A DNA stretch of 64,000 nt from a virus (lineage: Duplodnaviria; Heunggongvirae; Uroviricota; Caudoviricetes), in the IMG/VR virus record IMGVR_UViG_3300017917_002560, positions 74,096 through 138,095 of that record. One strand, written 5' to 3'. A model generated the notes under the pieces. It ran no database searches, was not told the origin of the DNA, and worked only from the letters and a program-made list of their open reading frames with translations. This document shows, piece after piece, positions 1 through 10,209 of this stretch. Numbering within the stretch: the first letter of the stretch is position 1; each line of letters starts with the position of its first letter. Made by a program: the position numbers and the translations under genes.

Positions 1-13
1 GTACAATGCATCT

Positions 14-3000
14 GTGCCTACTGTAGAAATTCTAGGATTCCAGAACATCTATGCAGTTCCATTGGGTTATAGATATCTAGTAGATAGCGACGTTAACAAC
101 CGTGGCTTGTGGACCATTTATCAAGTTAGTCCAAACCCCACAATCTTGGACAGCTTTACCAGCACTGGTTCTAGTATCAGTGGTAACACACTGAACATTG
201 GCACATTGACGTCTGGCACTATTACTCCTGGTCAACTAGTAACTGGCCCTGGTATCGAAGGCGGTGTAATTATTGTCAACAATCTCAGTGGCGGCTCTGC
301 CAGTGGATCGGTTTGGGTCATTAACAAGATTTTAAGTGTTGCAACTACAGATATTGATGGTACTGCACCTCGCGAGCTTATACTGTATCGTGTGCAAAAT
401 TACAATACAGCAGACTATTGGGACTACATTAACTGGTACCAACCTGGGTATAACAGCAGTATCAAGCCTGTTGCAGAAGTACCTAACTTCTCAGCACTGA
501 CAACACTGGATGTTCCAATTGGCAGCAGTGTTCGTGTCACTGCCAACGCACAGGGTAAGTTTGAAATTTACCTTAAAACTAACTTAGGCTTTGAGCGTGT
601 TGGTTTACAAGACGGTACCATTGAAATTTCTGCTGAAATTTATGACTACAATCTAGGACGTTTTGGTTTTGACGTTGAAGTGTTTGACGCACAGTATTTT
701 GACCAAGAGCCTGTGATTGAAACTCGTAAAATTATTCAAGCCATTAACGAAGAATTGTTTGTTGGCGACTTGGAAATTGAACGTAATCGTTGCTTGGTGT
801 TGATGTTCAACTATGTGTTGAGTGAATTCTCCGCACCTGAGTGGTTGGTCAAGTCATCGCTGATTGACGTGGATCACAGAATTCGTGAACTGTTGCCATT
901 CCAGAATTACAGCCCAGACAATCAAGAATTCGTTGTTGACTACTTGCAAGAAGTTAAACCTTATCACGTACAGGTGCGTGAATTTAACTTGCAATACTTT
1001 GGTAACGATAGATTCTTTGGTGACTTAACAGATTTTGACTTACCAGCATATTATGACACCAGCCTTGATGTGCCACAGTTTGTAAGTCCAGTTCTAACTC
1101 CTTACAAGATTGCCACAAGTGATGTCAGCAATGTATTGAGCAATACTCCGCCCAACAGTTTGATTTGGGAAGATTGGCCATACAACCAGTGGTACTCTAA
1201 TTTCTTGTTAGTGCTAGAAAGCATCAAGGTCACAAGACTTGGTTCTGGTTATACCACAGCACCGCAAGTTACTTTGAGTGGTGGTGGAGCAACAACACAA
1301 GCCACAGCAGTGGCAGTGATCAACAGTGTTGGCCAGGTAGTTGCTATCAACGTGTTAACAAGTGGCAGTGGATACCGTTCACAACCTGTAATTACTATTG
1401 CTGGCGGTAACGGCAGTGGCGCCGAAGCTTACGCAGTGCTTGAAAATCCGCTGGTGCGTGAGTTCAAGACCACTATTCGCTACGACCGCTTCCAATTCAA
1501 GCCCAGCGTGGTTGAGTGGAACGGTCAATCAACATACCTAAATGGTACATTAGTACGTTACGAAAACCAAGTATGGGAAGCTGACAGCAATGACGGCAGT
1601 TCAGCGGTAACCGGACCAACATTCAATCTAGAAGATTGGAAACTGGTCAATGCCGCAACATATCAATATCCTGGTTCTAGTCAACCCACTGGTTTGACTG
1701 GTATTGACCGTACTGTTGGTTTGTATGTTCCTGGCTTTAACAACCCTGGATTAGACTTGCCACTGCTGGTTGACGGTATTGATTACCCTGGCGTGCAAGT
1801 ATGGGGCGATTACTTCACTGGTATTGAACAGCTTGACACAATTTATCAAAGCAGTTTCAGTGATGTATTCTTGGGCACTCGTCCTACAGACCTTGTGATT
1901 GACGGTGGACAATTCATTGGTCCATATGAAGGGCATGCTCCTGAAGAACTAGTCAACGGTGCCGAATACGACACACTTGATTTGCGTGTTTACACTCGTC
2001 CTGGCAGCGACTGGCAATTTGACGGTCATGGGTTCCAAGTCAACAGTGTTAACTACATCTATCAGCCTGTAACCAACTATATTTTGAGTTACGCTGATCA
2101 GGTTGAACACCCAGTTGAACTAATCGTTAGCAATCAAACATCAGGCAAAGTATTGGCCCTGGGCATTGACTACTTTATTGATTATGTTGATCTCACTGTT
2201 GAAATTGTTACTGGCAAAGCCAGTGCTGGCGATATTATCAACATCAGTGTGTATGAACTAGGTGGTGGCGCACAACTCTATCGTGCAAACTACACTGGTC
2301 CAGAACTTAGCTCAGGCAACTTCTTGATTCCGGTCAACAGCGCAGAAATTTCCACAATTGCTGTGTTTTACAACGGTTCTGCTGAAGCTATTCCTGCATG
2401 GACTCCTTATGTTGAAGCTCCTGCTTGGAACATATTGAGTACGTATGCTATTAATGATATTGTTGAAAACAGCAACACTTATTATCAAGCGGCTCAAGCA
2501 GTTCCTGCCGGTACATCAATTGCTGACACAGCATATTGGACAGTTTACGTGCCAACGCTACAGTCTAAAGTAACACTGGCAGTTCCCCCAACGTCAGTTG
2601 AAGGTGTAAGTGTAGTAGTACTAGGACAAAACTACGTCAATGCAGATCAACTAATTATTGGTCGTGAATACACCATTAGTACTTCGGGCAACACACCGTG
2701 GCTCACACTTGGTGCAGCCAGCACCGCTGTGGGAACAACGTTTACTAGAAACAATGTACAGTTGGGCGGATACGGATCAGGCATTGCAACTACCAACTAC
2801 AGTTGGAGCACTCCAATTACTCAGCAAGCTGTGGTAACACCACAAGTAATTAACGATGGTGGTTTCCAACTAGAAAACAGTATGCAAGGCACAAACCCTG
2901 TTAACATTGTGGTCAACATCAATGGTTTCAGACTTAATCCACCAGCTGGCATTGAGTGGATAGGTGACGGCTCAAGCACTAGCTTTGGCTTGCCACAGCG

Positions 3001-4393
3001 CATGGGCCCAAGCTTCTTGCAAAGCTCGATTAACGCACTAAACGACATACAAGTTTGGGTTGATAATATTCCGCAAACACAGAGTTTTGGTAGTGTTAAC
3101 GGAGACTACAGCGTTACTAACTGGGACGGTAGTAATACTCCAGGTCGACAAGTGGTGTTTGATACCCCGCCCGAGCCTGGCGCAAGAATTCTAATCACTG
3201 TTAGTACGCTAGCAGATTACAGTGTTGTTACAAACAACCTTGGACCATTCTTGCAATTGTTTGTGGTACCGTTGATTGGCGATCTTGCAACTGTAACAAG
3301 TTGGAATGATACCAGCCAACAAAACCTCCTGACACAAATCTTTGTTGGTCCTATTGTTTTGGGAACAATCATTGATGAACCGTTTGACAGCACAGACTTT
3401 GACGCTGGTTTGATCACTGGATCTCCGGGATCATTTGACTACAGCACTGGTGCAAGTATCGCTGTGAACCAATTCTATCTTGACACACCAGACATTAGCG
3501 GTAACAGATTGTGGGTCACATTGAACGGGCGTAGATTGTTTGAAGGCCAAGACTTTACAATTGTTAACAACGAATTGGTGTTGGCTGCTGGTGCAATTGG
3601 ACTTAGCGACGTCCTTGCAGTGACTCAGTTCACTACTAGTATTGTTCCCGAAGCATGTGCATTCCGCATATTCCAAGACATGCGCGGCACACAGGCCACC
3701 TATAGAATCACTGGCAGCACATCAACTGTGTTGGCAAGAGACTTGTTGGCCATGGATGACATTGTATATGTTGAGGATGCTAAAAAACTAAGTGAGCCAA
3801 ACTTAACTGCTGGTCGTTTAGGTGTTATTACAATCAACGGCGAACGTATCATGTATCGTGTGCGTGACATAATCAATAACACTCTAAGTGGATTGCGTCG
3901 TGGCACAGCTGGTACAGCAGCCGCAGACCACGAAATGGGCACAGATGTATATGATCAAGGGCGCGGAAATATCCTGGCCCAACAGTATCAAGATTACATT
4001 GAAAAAGATGTCAATTACGGCGACGGCAGCACCACAGTGTTTGATGCACCAAGCTTGACAACATTTGACTTTGGCGACAGCTCAAGTATCTTTGTTGAAA
4101 GTGTGGAAGTATATGTGGGCGGAGTACGCCAGTATCCCGTGGGACCAAATAGATTTGGTGATATTATCCCTTGCAGTCACCCATACACTGTGGTTGACGT
4201 AAACCCTGTGACCATAGAGTTTTACACAGATAATGACCCTGAAACACCAATTTTACCACCTGCTCCTGGAGTAGAGATTGTGATTCTACAGCGCAAGGGC
4301 ACTGGTTGGTACGGGCCCGGGGTCAAAGAAACCACTGGTTTTGCACTGCAAGAAACTGATACTGCCCAAGCAAGGTTTTTGACGGATAGATAA
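14..4393 (+). CDS. Large tail fibre / baseplate-associated structural protein (1459 aa), probably 5'-truncated at window start
   Basis: Long ORF open from window edge; Gly/Thr/Asn-rich beta-rich composition typical of phage fibre proteins; same strand and cluster as other fibre-like genes and late promoter box downstream. Confidence 0.6.
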   Translation: MPTVEILGFQNIYAVPLGYRYLVDSDVNNRGLWTIYQVSPNPTILDSFTSTGSSISGNTLNIGTLTSGTITPGQLVTGPGIEGGVIIVNNLSGGSASGSVWVINKILSVATTDIDGTAPRELILYRVQNYNTADYWDYINWYQPGYNSSIKPVAEVPNFSALTTLDVPIGSSVRVTANAQGKFEIYLKTNLGFERVGLQDGTIEISAEIYDYNLGRFGFDVEVFDAQYFDQEPVIETRKIIQAINEELFVGDLEIERNRCLVLMFNYVLSEFSAPEWLVKSSLIDVDHRIRELLPFQNYSPDNQEFVVDYLQEVKPYHVQVREFNLQYFGNDRFFGDLTDFDLPAYYDTSLDVPQFVSPVLTPYKIATSDVSNVLSNTPPNSLIWEDWPYNQWYSNFLLVLESIKVTRLGSGYTTAPQVTLSGGGATTQATAVAVINSVGQVVAINVLTSGSGYRSQPVITIAGGNGSGAEAYAVLENPLVREFKTTIRYDRFQFKPSVVEWNGQSTYLNGTLVRYENQVWEADSNDGSSAVTGPTFNLEDWKLVNAATYQYPGSSQPTGLTGIDRTVGLYVPGFNNPGLDLPLLVDGIDYPGVQVWGDYFTGIEQLDTIYQSSFSDVFLGTRPTDLVIDGGQFIGPYEGHAPEELVNGAEYDTLDLRVYTRPGSDWQFDGHGFQVNSVNYIYQPVTNYILSYADQVEHPVELIVSNQTSGKVLALGIDYFIDYVDLTVEIVTGKASAGDIINISVYELGGGAQLYRANYTGPELSSGNFLIPVNSAEISTIAVFYNGSAEAIPAWTPYVEAPAWNILSTYAINDIVENSNTYYQAAQAVPAGTSIADTAYWTVYVPTLQSKVTLAVPPTSVEGVSVVVLGQNYVNADQLIIGREYTISTSGNTPWLTLGAASTAVGTTFTRNNVQLGGYGSGIATTNYSWSTPITQQAVVTPQVINDGGFQLENSMQGTNPVNIVVNINGFRLNPPAGIEWIGDGSSTSFGLPQRMGPSFLQSSINALNDIQVWVDNIPQTQSFGSVNGDYSVTNWDGSNTPGRQVVFDTPPEPGARILITVSTLADYSVVTNNLGPFLQLFVVPLIGDLATVTSWNDTSQQNLLTQIFVGPIVLGTIIDEPFDSTDFDAGLITGSPGSFDYSTGASIAVNQFYLDTPDISGNRLWVTLNGRRLFEGQDFTIVNNELVLAAGAIGLSDVLAVTQFTTSIVPEACAFRIFQDMRGTQATYRITGSTSTVLARDLLAMDDIVYVEDAKKLSEPNLTAGRLGVITINGERIMYRVRDIINNTLSGLRRGTAGTAAADHEMGTDVYDQGRGNILAQQYQDYIEKDVNYGDGSTTVFDAPSLTTFDFGDSSSIFVESVEVYVGGVRQYPVGPNRFGDIIPCSHPYTVVDVNPVTIEFYTDNDPETPILPPAPGVEIVILQRKGTGWYGPGVKETTGFALQETDTAQARFLTDR

Positions 4394-4412
4394 CGCGGAT
4401 AAATAATAGACC

Positions 4413-4568
4413 ATGCCAAATACAGTACCTAATCAAAATAACACACAGCCTAAAGAACAGGCTCAACCTGCTCGCCGCCCCAATGAAGCTGGGGCTTTTC
4501 ACGTTGAAGGTCATGTGAAGATTTTTGACCCAGCAACCAAGAAAGTTTTTGTGGAGAAGCGAGCATGA
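4413..4568 (+). CDS. Small ORF (51 aa) overlapping start of next gene by ATGA; N-terminal motif HVEGHVKIFDP resembles GHVKIHDP of downstream protein
   Basis: ORF read directly; ATAAATA-like box at 4392-4398 upstream; not in ORF track (<60 aa). Confidence 0.25.
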   Translation: MPNTVPNQNNTQPKEQAQPARRPNEAGAFHVEGHVKIFDPATKKVFVEKRA

Positions 4569-5170
4569 TACAACCAGGACTAGCTAAAATTTCCGGACAT
4601 GTTAAGATACATGATCCCAAAAGCGGTGAGATCTTTTACAACGATCACAACGCTATTCACTATGAAAATATCAGTATAGCACTGGCACAGTCGCTCAGCG
4701 ATAGAAACCTTGGATTTATCTACAGCATGGCATTTGGTAATGGTGGTTCTAGTGTAGATCCTACTGGGGTTATTACATATCTACCGCCCAACACTACTGG
4801 TCAAAACGCTGACTTATACAACGAAACATACAGCAAAGTTGTAAACGATAACTCAGCGGCTAATACAGACCCAGAAAACAACAAGATGACGGTGCTACAC
4901 ACTCCTGGCAACGTTTACACAGATATATTGGTTTCTTGCTTGCTAGACTATGGCGAACCGCCTGAACAGCAAGCATTTGATAACAGCACAAACTTCAATG
5001 GTGAATTTGTGTTTGATGAGTTGGGGTTAAAAGCCTGGAACGGCGCAGTAGATAATCTGCGCTTGATTACCCATGTGATTTTTCACCCAGTGCAAAAGAG
5101 CTTGAATCGTCAGATTCAAATTGACTACACTTTGCGCATCCAAACACTCAGCAACATTAACGCTGTATAA
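4565..5170 (+). CDS. Hypothetical structural protein (201 aa)
   Basis: ORF in late structural cluster; no recognisable motif. Confidence 0.5.
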   Translation: MIQPGLAKISGHVKIHDPKSGEIFYNDHNAIHYENISIALAQSLSDRNLGFIYSMAFGNGGSSVDPTGVITYLPPNTTGQNADLYNETYSKVVNDNSAANTDPENNKMTVLHTPGNVYTDILVSCLLDYGEPPEQQAFDNSTNFNGEFVFDELGLKAWNGAVDNLRLITHVIFHPVQKSLNRQIQIDYTLRIQTLSNINAV

Positions 5171-5172
5171 AT
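5165..5172 (+). promoter_or_regulatory. T4-type late promoter box TATAAATA
   Basis: Exact TATAAATA 28 nt upstream of ATG at 5200, with GGAACAGG RBS-like sequence in between. Confidence 0.6.
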
Positions 5173-5199
5173 ATTGGTAACTAGGAACAGGTAACTGAC

Positions 5200-6999
5200 A
5201 TGGCATATACAATTACATTAACTGATGGTACGCTGTTTGCTACTGTCGCAGATGGTACAGTAAACCAGACTGCGGGATTTGCAAGCACAGCACCACTTAC
5301 TTTGGTCGGCAAAAACTACGCTGGCTACGGTGACTTTTTGAACGAAAACTTTATTCGTTTGTTAGAAAACGGTAGCAATACCACTGCACCCCCTACTCCG
5401 CTGACTGGTCAGCTGTGGTGGGACAAGGGCAACAACTTGCTGAAAGTTTACAACGGCTCAACATTCAAGACAATTTCAGCCGCAACAGCAAGTTCAACAG
5501 CTCCAGCTTCTAATGTGGTGGGTGACCTTTGGTACGACACAGTAAACCAGCAGTTGAAAGTTTGGACTGGTAGCACGTTCCTGGTTATTGGCCCTGCATA
5601 TTCAGCTGGTCAAGGTACATCTGGTGCTGTTCCTGAAACTATTACAGACGCAGTTGGTGCTACAAAGTTTATCACCAGCTTGTATGTCAACAACAACCGA
5701 GTTGGTGTAGTATATGACGCAAGTTCGTTTGTGCCACAAGCCAGCTTGCAATCAACATTCCCAACGATTTATCCTGGTATTACGCTGACTACAACCAACA
5801 GCGCAACATTTGCCGGTACAGCTAATAACGCAACATTCTTGAACAGCTTGACATCAAGCCAGTTCATGCGCAGTGATATTAACACAACAACTGCGGGCAC
5901 ATTGCGTGTGCTAAACAACGCAGGTTTGTTTGTTGGTACTGGTAACGCTACTAACATTACACAAAGTGGTAATGATGGTATCATCAGTGGCACAATTTCA
6001 ACTGGTAACGTTGTAATTCAAGCCAACGTTGGTGGTACACCGTTTGTAGTTGCTACAGCACAAGGTGCCAGCGGTAACTTGGCAATTGGTAATGCTGCCA
6101 CAGTGGGCACAACCCTTAGTGTTGGAGGTAACATCACTGGTGCTAACTTAGTCACTGCTGGTATTGTTACATCAGTTGGTAATATCACTGGTGGTAATAT
6201 TATTACTACAAACTTGGTACAAGGTGGTAACATCAGTGCAGTTGGTAACGTAACTGGTGGTAACTTACGTACTTCTGGTTTGATCAGTGCCACTGGCCAA
6301 ATTACAACAGCGGCCAACGTTGCCGGTACTTACTTTATTGGTAACGGTAGTTTGCTAACTGGCTTGAGTTCAGCTGTTAGTGTACAGAAAATCTCTAACG
6401 GTACATCAGAAGCCAACATTGGCGTACCTGGTGGTAATGCAAACATCAGTATTGCTGGTACATCTAACGTTGCTGTGTTTACAACAACCGGTGCTATCTT
6501 TACAGGCATCACTGTTCCCAGCATTGACAAAACTGGTACAAACGCTATTGGTAACATTGGTAGTTCGAGCAACTACTTCAACCGTGTGTTTGCTACTGCT
6601 ACCACTGCACTTTACGCTGACGTTGCAGAACGTTTTGAAGCCGACGAAGTCTTGGAAGCTGGCACAGTGGTTGAACTTGGTGGTGCCAAAGAAATTACAC
6701 GTGCTCGTAGCGAACTTAGCGAAAGTGTGTTTGGTGTGATAAGTACACGTGCTGCCTACTTGATGAACGGTGGCGCAGGCAACGATGACACGCACCCACC
6801 AGTGGCAATGACAGGTCGAGTTCCAGTACAAGTTATTGGACCTGTGCGCAAAGGTGACAGACTGGTGTCAGCTGGTAACGGTTTAGCTAGATCAGCTAAT
6901 CCTGGCGAAGCAACAGCTTTCAACGTAATTGGACGAGCTTTGGTCAATAAAGCCACAACAGATCTAGGTACAATTGAAGCAATCGTTACAATAAAATAA
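5200..6999 (+). CDS. Tail fibre protein (599 aa) with repeated GNxTGGN(L/I) motifs and putative C-terminal intramolecular-chaperone-like domain
   Basis: Tandem GGNITGANLVT/GGNIITTNLV/GGNLRTSGLI repeats; C-terminus ...YADVAERFE...GG...THPPVAMTGRVPVQV reminiscent of fibre/tailspike autoproteolytic chaperone domains. Confidence 0.6.
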   Translation: MAYTITLTDGTLFATVADGTVNQTAGFASTAPLTLVGKNYAGYGDFLNENFIRLLENGSNTTAPPTPLTGQLWWDKGNNLLKVYNGSTFKTISAATASSTAPASNVVGDLWYDTVNQQLKVWTGSTFLVIGPAYSAGQGTSGAVPETITDAVGATKFITSLYVNNNRVGVVYDASSFVPQASLQSTFPTIYPGITLTTTNSATFAGTANNATFLNSLTSSQFMRSDINTTTAGTLRVLNNAGLFVGTGNATNITQSGNDGIISGTISTGNVVIQANVGGTPFVVATAQGASGNLAIGNAATVGTTLSVGGNITGANLVTAGIVTSVGNITGGNIITTNLVQGGNISAVGNVTGGNLRTSGLISATGQITTAANVAGTYFIGNGSLLTGLSSAVSVQKISNGTSEANIGVPGGNANISIAGTSNVAVFTTTGAIFTGITVPSIDKTGTNAIGNIGSSSNYFNRVFATATTALYADVAERFEADEVLEAGTVVELGGAKEITRARSELSESVFGVISTRAAYLMNGGAGNDDTHPPVAMTGRVPVQVIGPVRKGDRLVSAGNGLARSANPGEATAFNVIGRALVNKATTDLGTIEAIVTIK

Positions 7000-7011
7000 C
7001 AGGAACATAGA

Positions 7012-7977
7012 ATGACGTATTCAGTTGGTGGCTTGATTCAAGCCACAGATTATAATGGATTTGTTAGTACCACAGCAGGGGCAAACGTTAATGCCACTTG
7101 GAGTACTGGTACCACCGACGCTGGCTACGGACAAAATGCAGTGGGTACTGTGGCTGCACAAGGTACAGTAACAGCAACACAGTGGGCCAGTTTGGTTAAT
7201 ACAATTGCCGCGATGGGAAGCCACCAGGGCACTACAATTACATCACGTTCAGCGCCTACCACAGGAAATTTGATTCAAATTTTTTCTAATGTAAACACAG
7301 ACCTTGCCAGTTGTTACAACAACCGAGGAAATGCGTCTGCATCTGGACCACAGTACACAACTATTTCTGGTACAAACTCAAAAACTACAACAACATCTGG
7401 CGCTACTTGGACTATTACTTTTACCAATACTATTACATTTGCATCAGCTGACGCCGCACGTTACTTTTGGAACGCAGGCGGCCTTGTTAAAATTGACGTA
7501 AGCAAAACTGCCACAGGGGAAACCGGTGACCCAGAATGGAATGACTTGGCCAATACATTGTGCGGAGACATTTGGATTTCAGGACGTGTAGCAGGAGCCG
7601 CACAAGTGATTGGTGGTGTTACATACACTGGTGTAACCAAAATTGGCGGCACAGGTACACCCAACACATTAACAACAACCACAGGTTGGTATCAGCTTTC
7701 TACAACAGATACTATCATTTACAAACAATTTGCTGATACTGCCCCTTATACCAGTAACTTTATTCAGCATTCAGCAAGAACAGCTGGTGCTGGTACACAG
7801 CTAGTTATTACCACAGTTTGGAGCGCCAGCGACGGCGACCCAATTTCTGGCGGTACTGCTAGTTCTGGCGCAACACCTGGTACAGCACCAACCACAATTG
7901 TTACATATTTCCCTCCAAGCACAACTTACTTGACTCCAACTTGGGGTGTGCCAACAGTAACAGCTACAACTGTTTAA
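7012..7977 (+). CDS. Thr/Gly-rich structural (fibre-like) protein (321 aa)
   Basis: ORF with RBS-like aggaacat upstream; composition similar to fibre proteins. Confidence 0.5.
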   Translation: MTYSVGGLIQATDYNGFVSTTAGANVNATWSTGTTDAGYGQNAVGTVAAQGTVTATQWASLVNTIAAMGSHQGTTITSRSAPTTGNLIQIFSNVNTDLASCYNNRGNASASGPQYTTISGTNSKTTTTSGATWTITFTNTITFASADAARYFWNAGGLVKIDVSKTATGETGDPEWNDLANTLCGDIWISGRVAGAAQVIGGVTYTGVTKIGGTGTPNTLTTTTGWYQLSTTDTIIYKQFADTAPYTSNFIQHSARTAGAGTQLVITTVWSASDGDPISGGTASSGATPGTAPTTIVTYFPPSTTYLTPTWGVPTVTATTV

Positions 7978-7980
7978 CCA

Positions 7981-8000
7981 AAAGGGCCACTAGGCCCTTT
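7981..8000 (+). terminator. Hairpin aaagggcc-acta-ggcccttt after structural gene
   Basis: 8-bp perfect stem, 4-nt loop immediately after stop at 7977; weak T-tract follows. Confidence 0.45.
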
Positions 8001-8032
8001 ACCTTTACTGCGTTTTCACGTATAATCAAAAG

Positions 8033-8341
8033 ATGAATACCGACGATCTAGTTAACCACGCCCGTGCCCGTTTTGATCATGCATCTGCTCGACGGGTACT
8101 CAAAGAAAAATACCAAGCCAAAATGTTGTTTGCCTATCAAGGCGGAATGTGGCGTGCTGGCCCAGAACTGCTGACATTGTTACAGTCCATACCAGTAGAA
8201 GATGATGTTATACTGTTGGATTTGTACGAAACTCCGGTACAGATCAATCCCTTGGAACTGCAACACTTGGCATTTGACCGCTGGCAAGAGCAAATGACAG
8301 CTTGGATGCTGGAATACAACGAGCTCAATAAAAAACGATGA
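8033..8341 (+). CDS. Hypothetical protein (102 aa)
   Basis: ORF; stop overlaps next start (ATGA). Confidence 0.45.
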   Translation: MNTDDLVNHARARFDHASARRVLKEKYQAKMLFAYQGGMWRAGPELLTLLQSIPVEDDVILLDLYETPVQINPLELQHLAFDRWQEQMTAWMLEYNELNKKR

Positions 8342-9141
8342 CCACTGGCGCACTTATTTTTGCCTTTAACAACGAGCAAACTGATTATGTTCGCATGGCT
8401 GCATGGAGCGCAGACAATATTCATCGGCATCTTGGTATTCCGGTAGCAGTGGTCACAGATGATCCCACCAATCCAAGGCTGAAAGATATTGATCAAATCA
8501 TTTACTCAGTCCCGGCCTCTGGCGGCACTAGATACTTTGATGATTATCAGTCCACAGTTACATGGAACAATGCCAGTAGAGTAAATGCTTATGACTTGTC
8601 CCCTTGGGATAGAACACTGGTGTTAGATGCCGACTATGTTGTAGCCAGTGACACATTAAAAACTTGTCTAAGCATACCACAAGATTTTCTTTGTTATAAA
8701 GATGCATATGATATTACGCTGAATTCAGATTTTGGTAGATTAAACACTTTTGGGGCACACAGTATGCCCATGTGGTGGGCCACAGTAATGATATTCAACC
8801 GCACACCACAAACAAAATATATCTTTGACAGCATGCAGATGATTCGAAACAACTGGCAACACTACAGAGATCTATACGGTATCCAAAAGAAAACTTATAG
8901 AAACGATTTTGCTCTGAGCATTTCATTGGGCATTGTGAGTGGTCACACTTGGCGCATTGACAGCCTGCCCGGCATGCTTGGTAGCGCAATGCCAGACCAT
9001 GAATTGACGTTGTTGGATCAAGATCATTACATGATTCAATTCCGTGACCGTGAAAGTATATTACGGCAAATGAGTTGGGCTGGCTTGGACTTTCATGCCA
9101 TGGGCAAAAGTCACTTGGAGAAAATAATTGCGTCCTATTGA
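8338..9141 (+). CDS. Putative nucleotide-sugar glycosyltransferase (GT-A-like, DxD motif LDADYV)
   Basis: N-terminal GALIFAFNN...YVRMAAWSADNIHRH...AVVTDD resembles GT8-like Rossmann start; DAD motif; paralogue of next gene. Confidence 0.45.
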   Translation: MTTGALIFAFNNEQTDYVRMAAWSADNIHRHLGIPVAVVTDDPTNPRLKDIDQIIYSVPASGGTRYFDDYQSTVTWNNASRVNAYDLSPWDRTLVLDADYVVASDTLKTCLSIPQDFLCYKDAYDITLNSDFGRLNTFGAHSMPMWWATVMIFNRTPQTKYIFDSMQMIRNNWQHYRDLYGIQKKTYRNDFALSISLGIVSGHTWRIDSLPGMLGSAMPDHELTLLDQDHYMIQFRDRESILRQMSWAGLDFHAMGKSHLEKIIASY

Positions 9142-9880
9142 AGAACAAGGATATTTGATCATAGGGTCAGGCGACTATGTACGCAATGCTGTGATGCTGG
9201 CGCAAAGCCTACGAAAGTTTCATCCTGACGCAAGAATTTGTTTGCTAACTGATCAAGAATTCACTGATCCTGTGTTTGATCATGTGCGGTTGTTAGATAA
9301 CCCCAACACAGAAAATCCCTGGGTCAATGACTGGCAGGTGGTTCGCAAAACACCGTTTAGAGAAACTATTAAACTAGAAGCTGATATGTTAATCGCCAGT
9401 CCTGTTGATCACTGGTGGACTATGTTTAGACATCGAGATGTTGTTGTCAGCACTGGTTGTAGAAACTGGCGCGGCGAAGTTAGCACAGCAAGAAACTATC
9501 GACGTGTGTTTGACGAGAATGGGTTACCGGATGTTTACAATGCTGTAACATACTGGCGACTGAGTCAAACCGCACGGGATTTCTTTTTCTGGGTACACAC
9601 TATTTTTGATAATTGGAGTGATTATAAAAAGCTAATTAAATTTCCTGAAGAGACGCCTAGCACAGACTTGGTGTACGCCATGGCCGCAGTGATTGTGGGA
9701 CCGCATTTGGTTACATTACCGTTTGTAGACTACCCTCAAATTGTACACATGAAACGACATCATGCAAGTACTCAAGACGAAGATTGGACTCATGAGTTAG
9801 TTTGGGAACACGACCCTTTGCGTATCAATACTGTAGCGCAGTGGGGTGCCTTTCATTACTACAAAAAGGATTGGGAATGA
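9128..9880 (+). CDS. Putative glycosyltransferase, paralogue of 8338..9141
   Basis: Shared N-terminal pattern (IIGSGDYVRNAVMLAQSLRKFHPDARICLLTDQ vs FAFNNEQTDYVRMAAWSADNIHRHLGIPVAVVTDD). Confidence 0.45.
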   Translation: MRPIEEQGYLIIGSGDYVRNAVMLAQSLRKFHPDARICLLTDQEFTDPVFDHVRLLDNPNTENPWVNDWQVVRKTPFRETIKLEADMLIASPVDHWWTMFRHRDVVVSTGCRNWRGEVSTARNYRRVFDENGLPDVYNAVTYWRLSQTARDFFFWVHTIFDNWSDYKKLIKFPEETPSTDLVYAMAAVIVGPHLVTLPFVDYPQIVHMKRHHASTQDEDWTHELVWEHDPLRINTVAQWGAFHYYKKDWE

Positions 9881-10209
9881 CACCTGAAGAGCTAATTAGT
9901 TTATTACAAGACATGCCAGAGCCAGAGCCAGTTTTTTATAGACTGTATCATGACAACAATGGCAATCCATTGTTTTACAGTATGGCAGATGTACCTGGCA
10001 CATACGTTGAAATTGACCGAGATACCTATGCCAAAAATAGTATGCGAGTCAAAGTAATCAATGGACAGTTATTAGAAATTACTTGGAAAACAGTTGACAA
10101 ATTAGTACCCAGTGACACCGGCACTAATTGTGACACCCGTGATGTGTCGGTGGTAGTTAGCTATGAGTCCAATTCAAAATGGAGCAAAAAAAGTTATGTA
10201 TTCAATTGA
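9877..10209 (+). CDS. Hypothetical protein
   Basis: ORF; ATGA overlap with upstream stop at 9878-9880 suggests start at 9877 rather than 9802. Confidence 0.4.
   Translation: MTPEELISLLQDMPEPEPVFYRLYHDNNGNPLFYSMADVPGTYVEIDRDTYAKNSMRVKVINGQLLEITWKTVDKLVPSDTGTNCDTRDVSVVVSYESNSKWSKKSYVFN

Noticed and set aside
1751-4514. Short minus-strand ORFs (61-81 aa) nested antisense within the 1459-aa fibre gene, and similar antisense ORFs in 5200..7977
   Set aside because: Fully embedded antisense to a long confident CDS, with no promoter or RBS signals. These are typical spurious frames.
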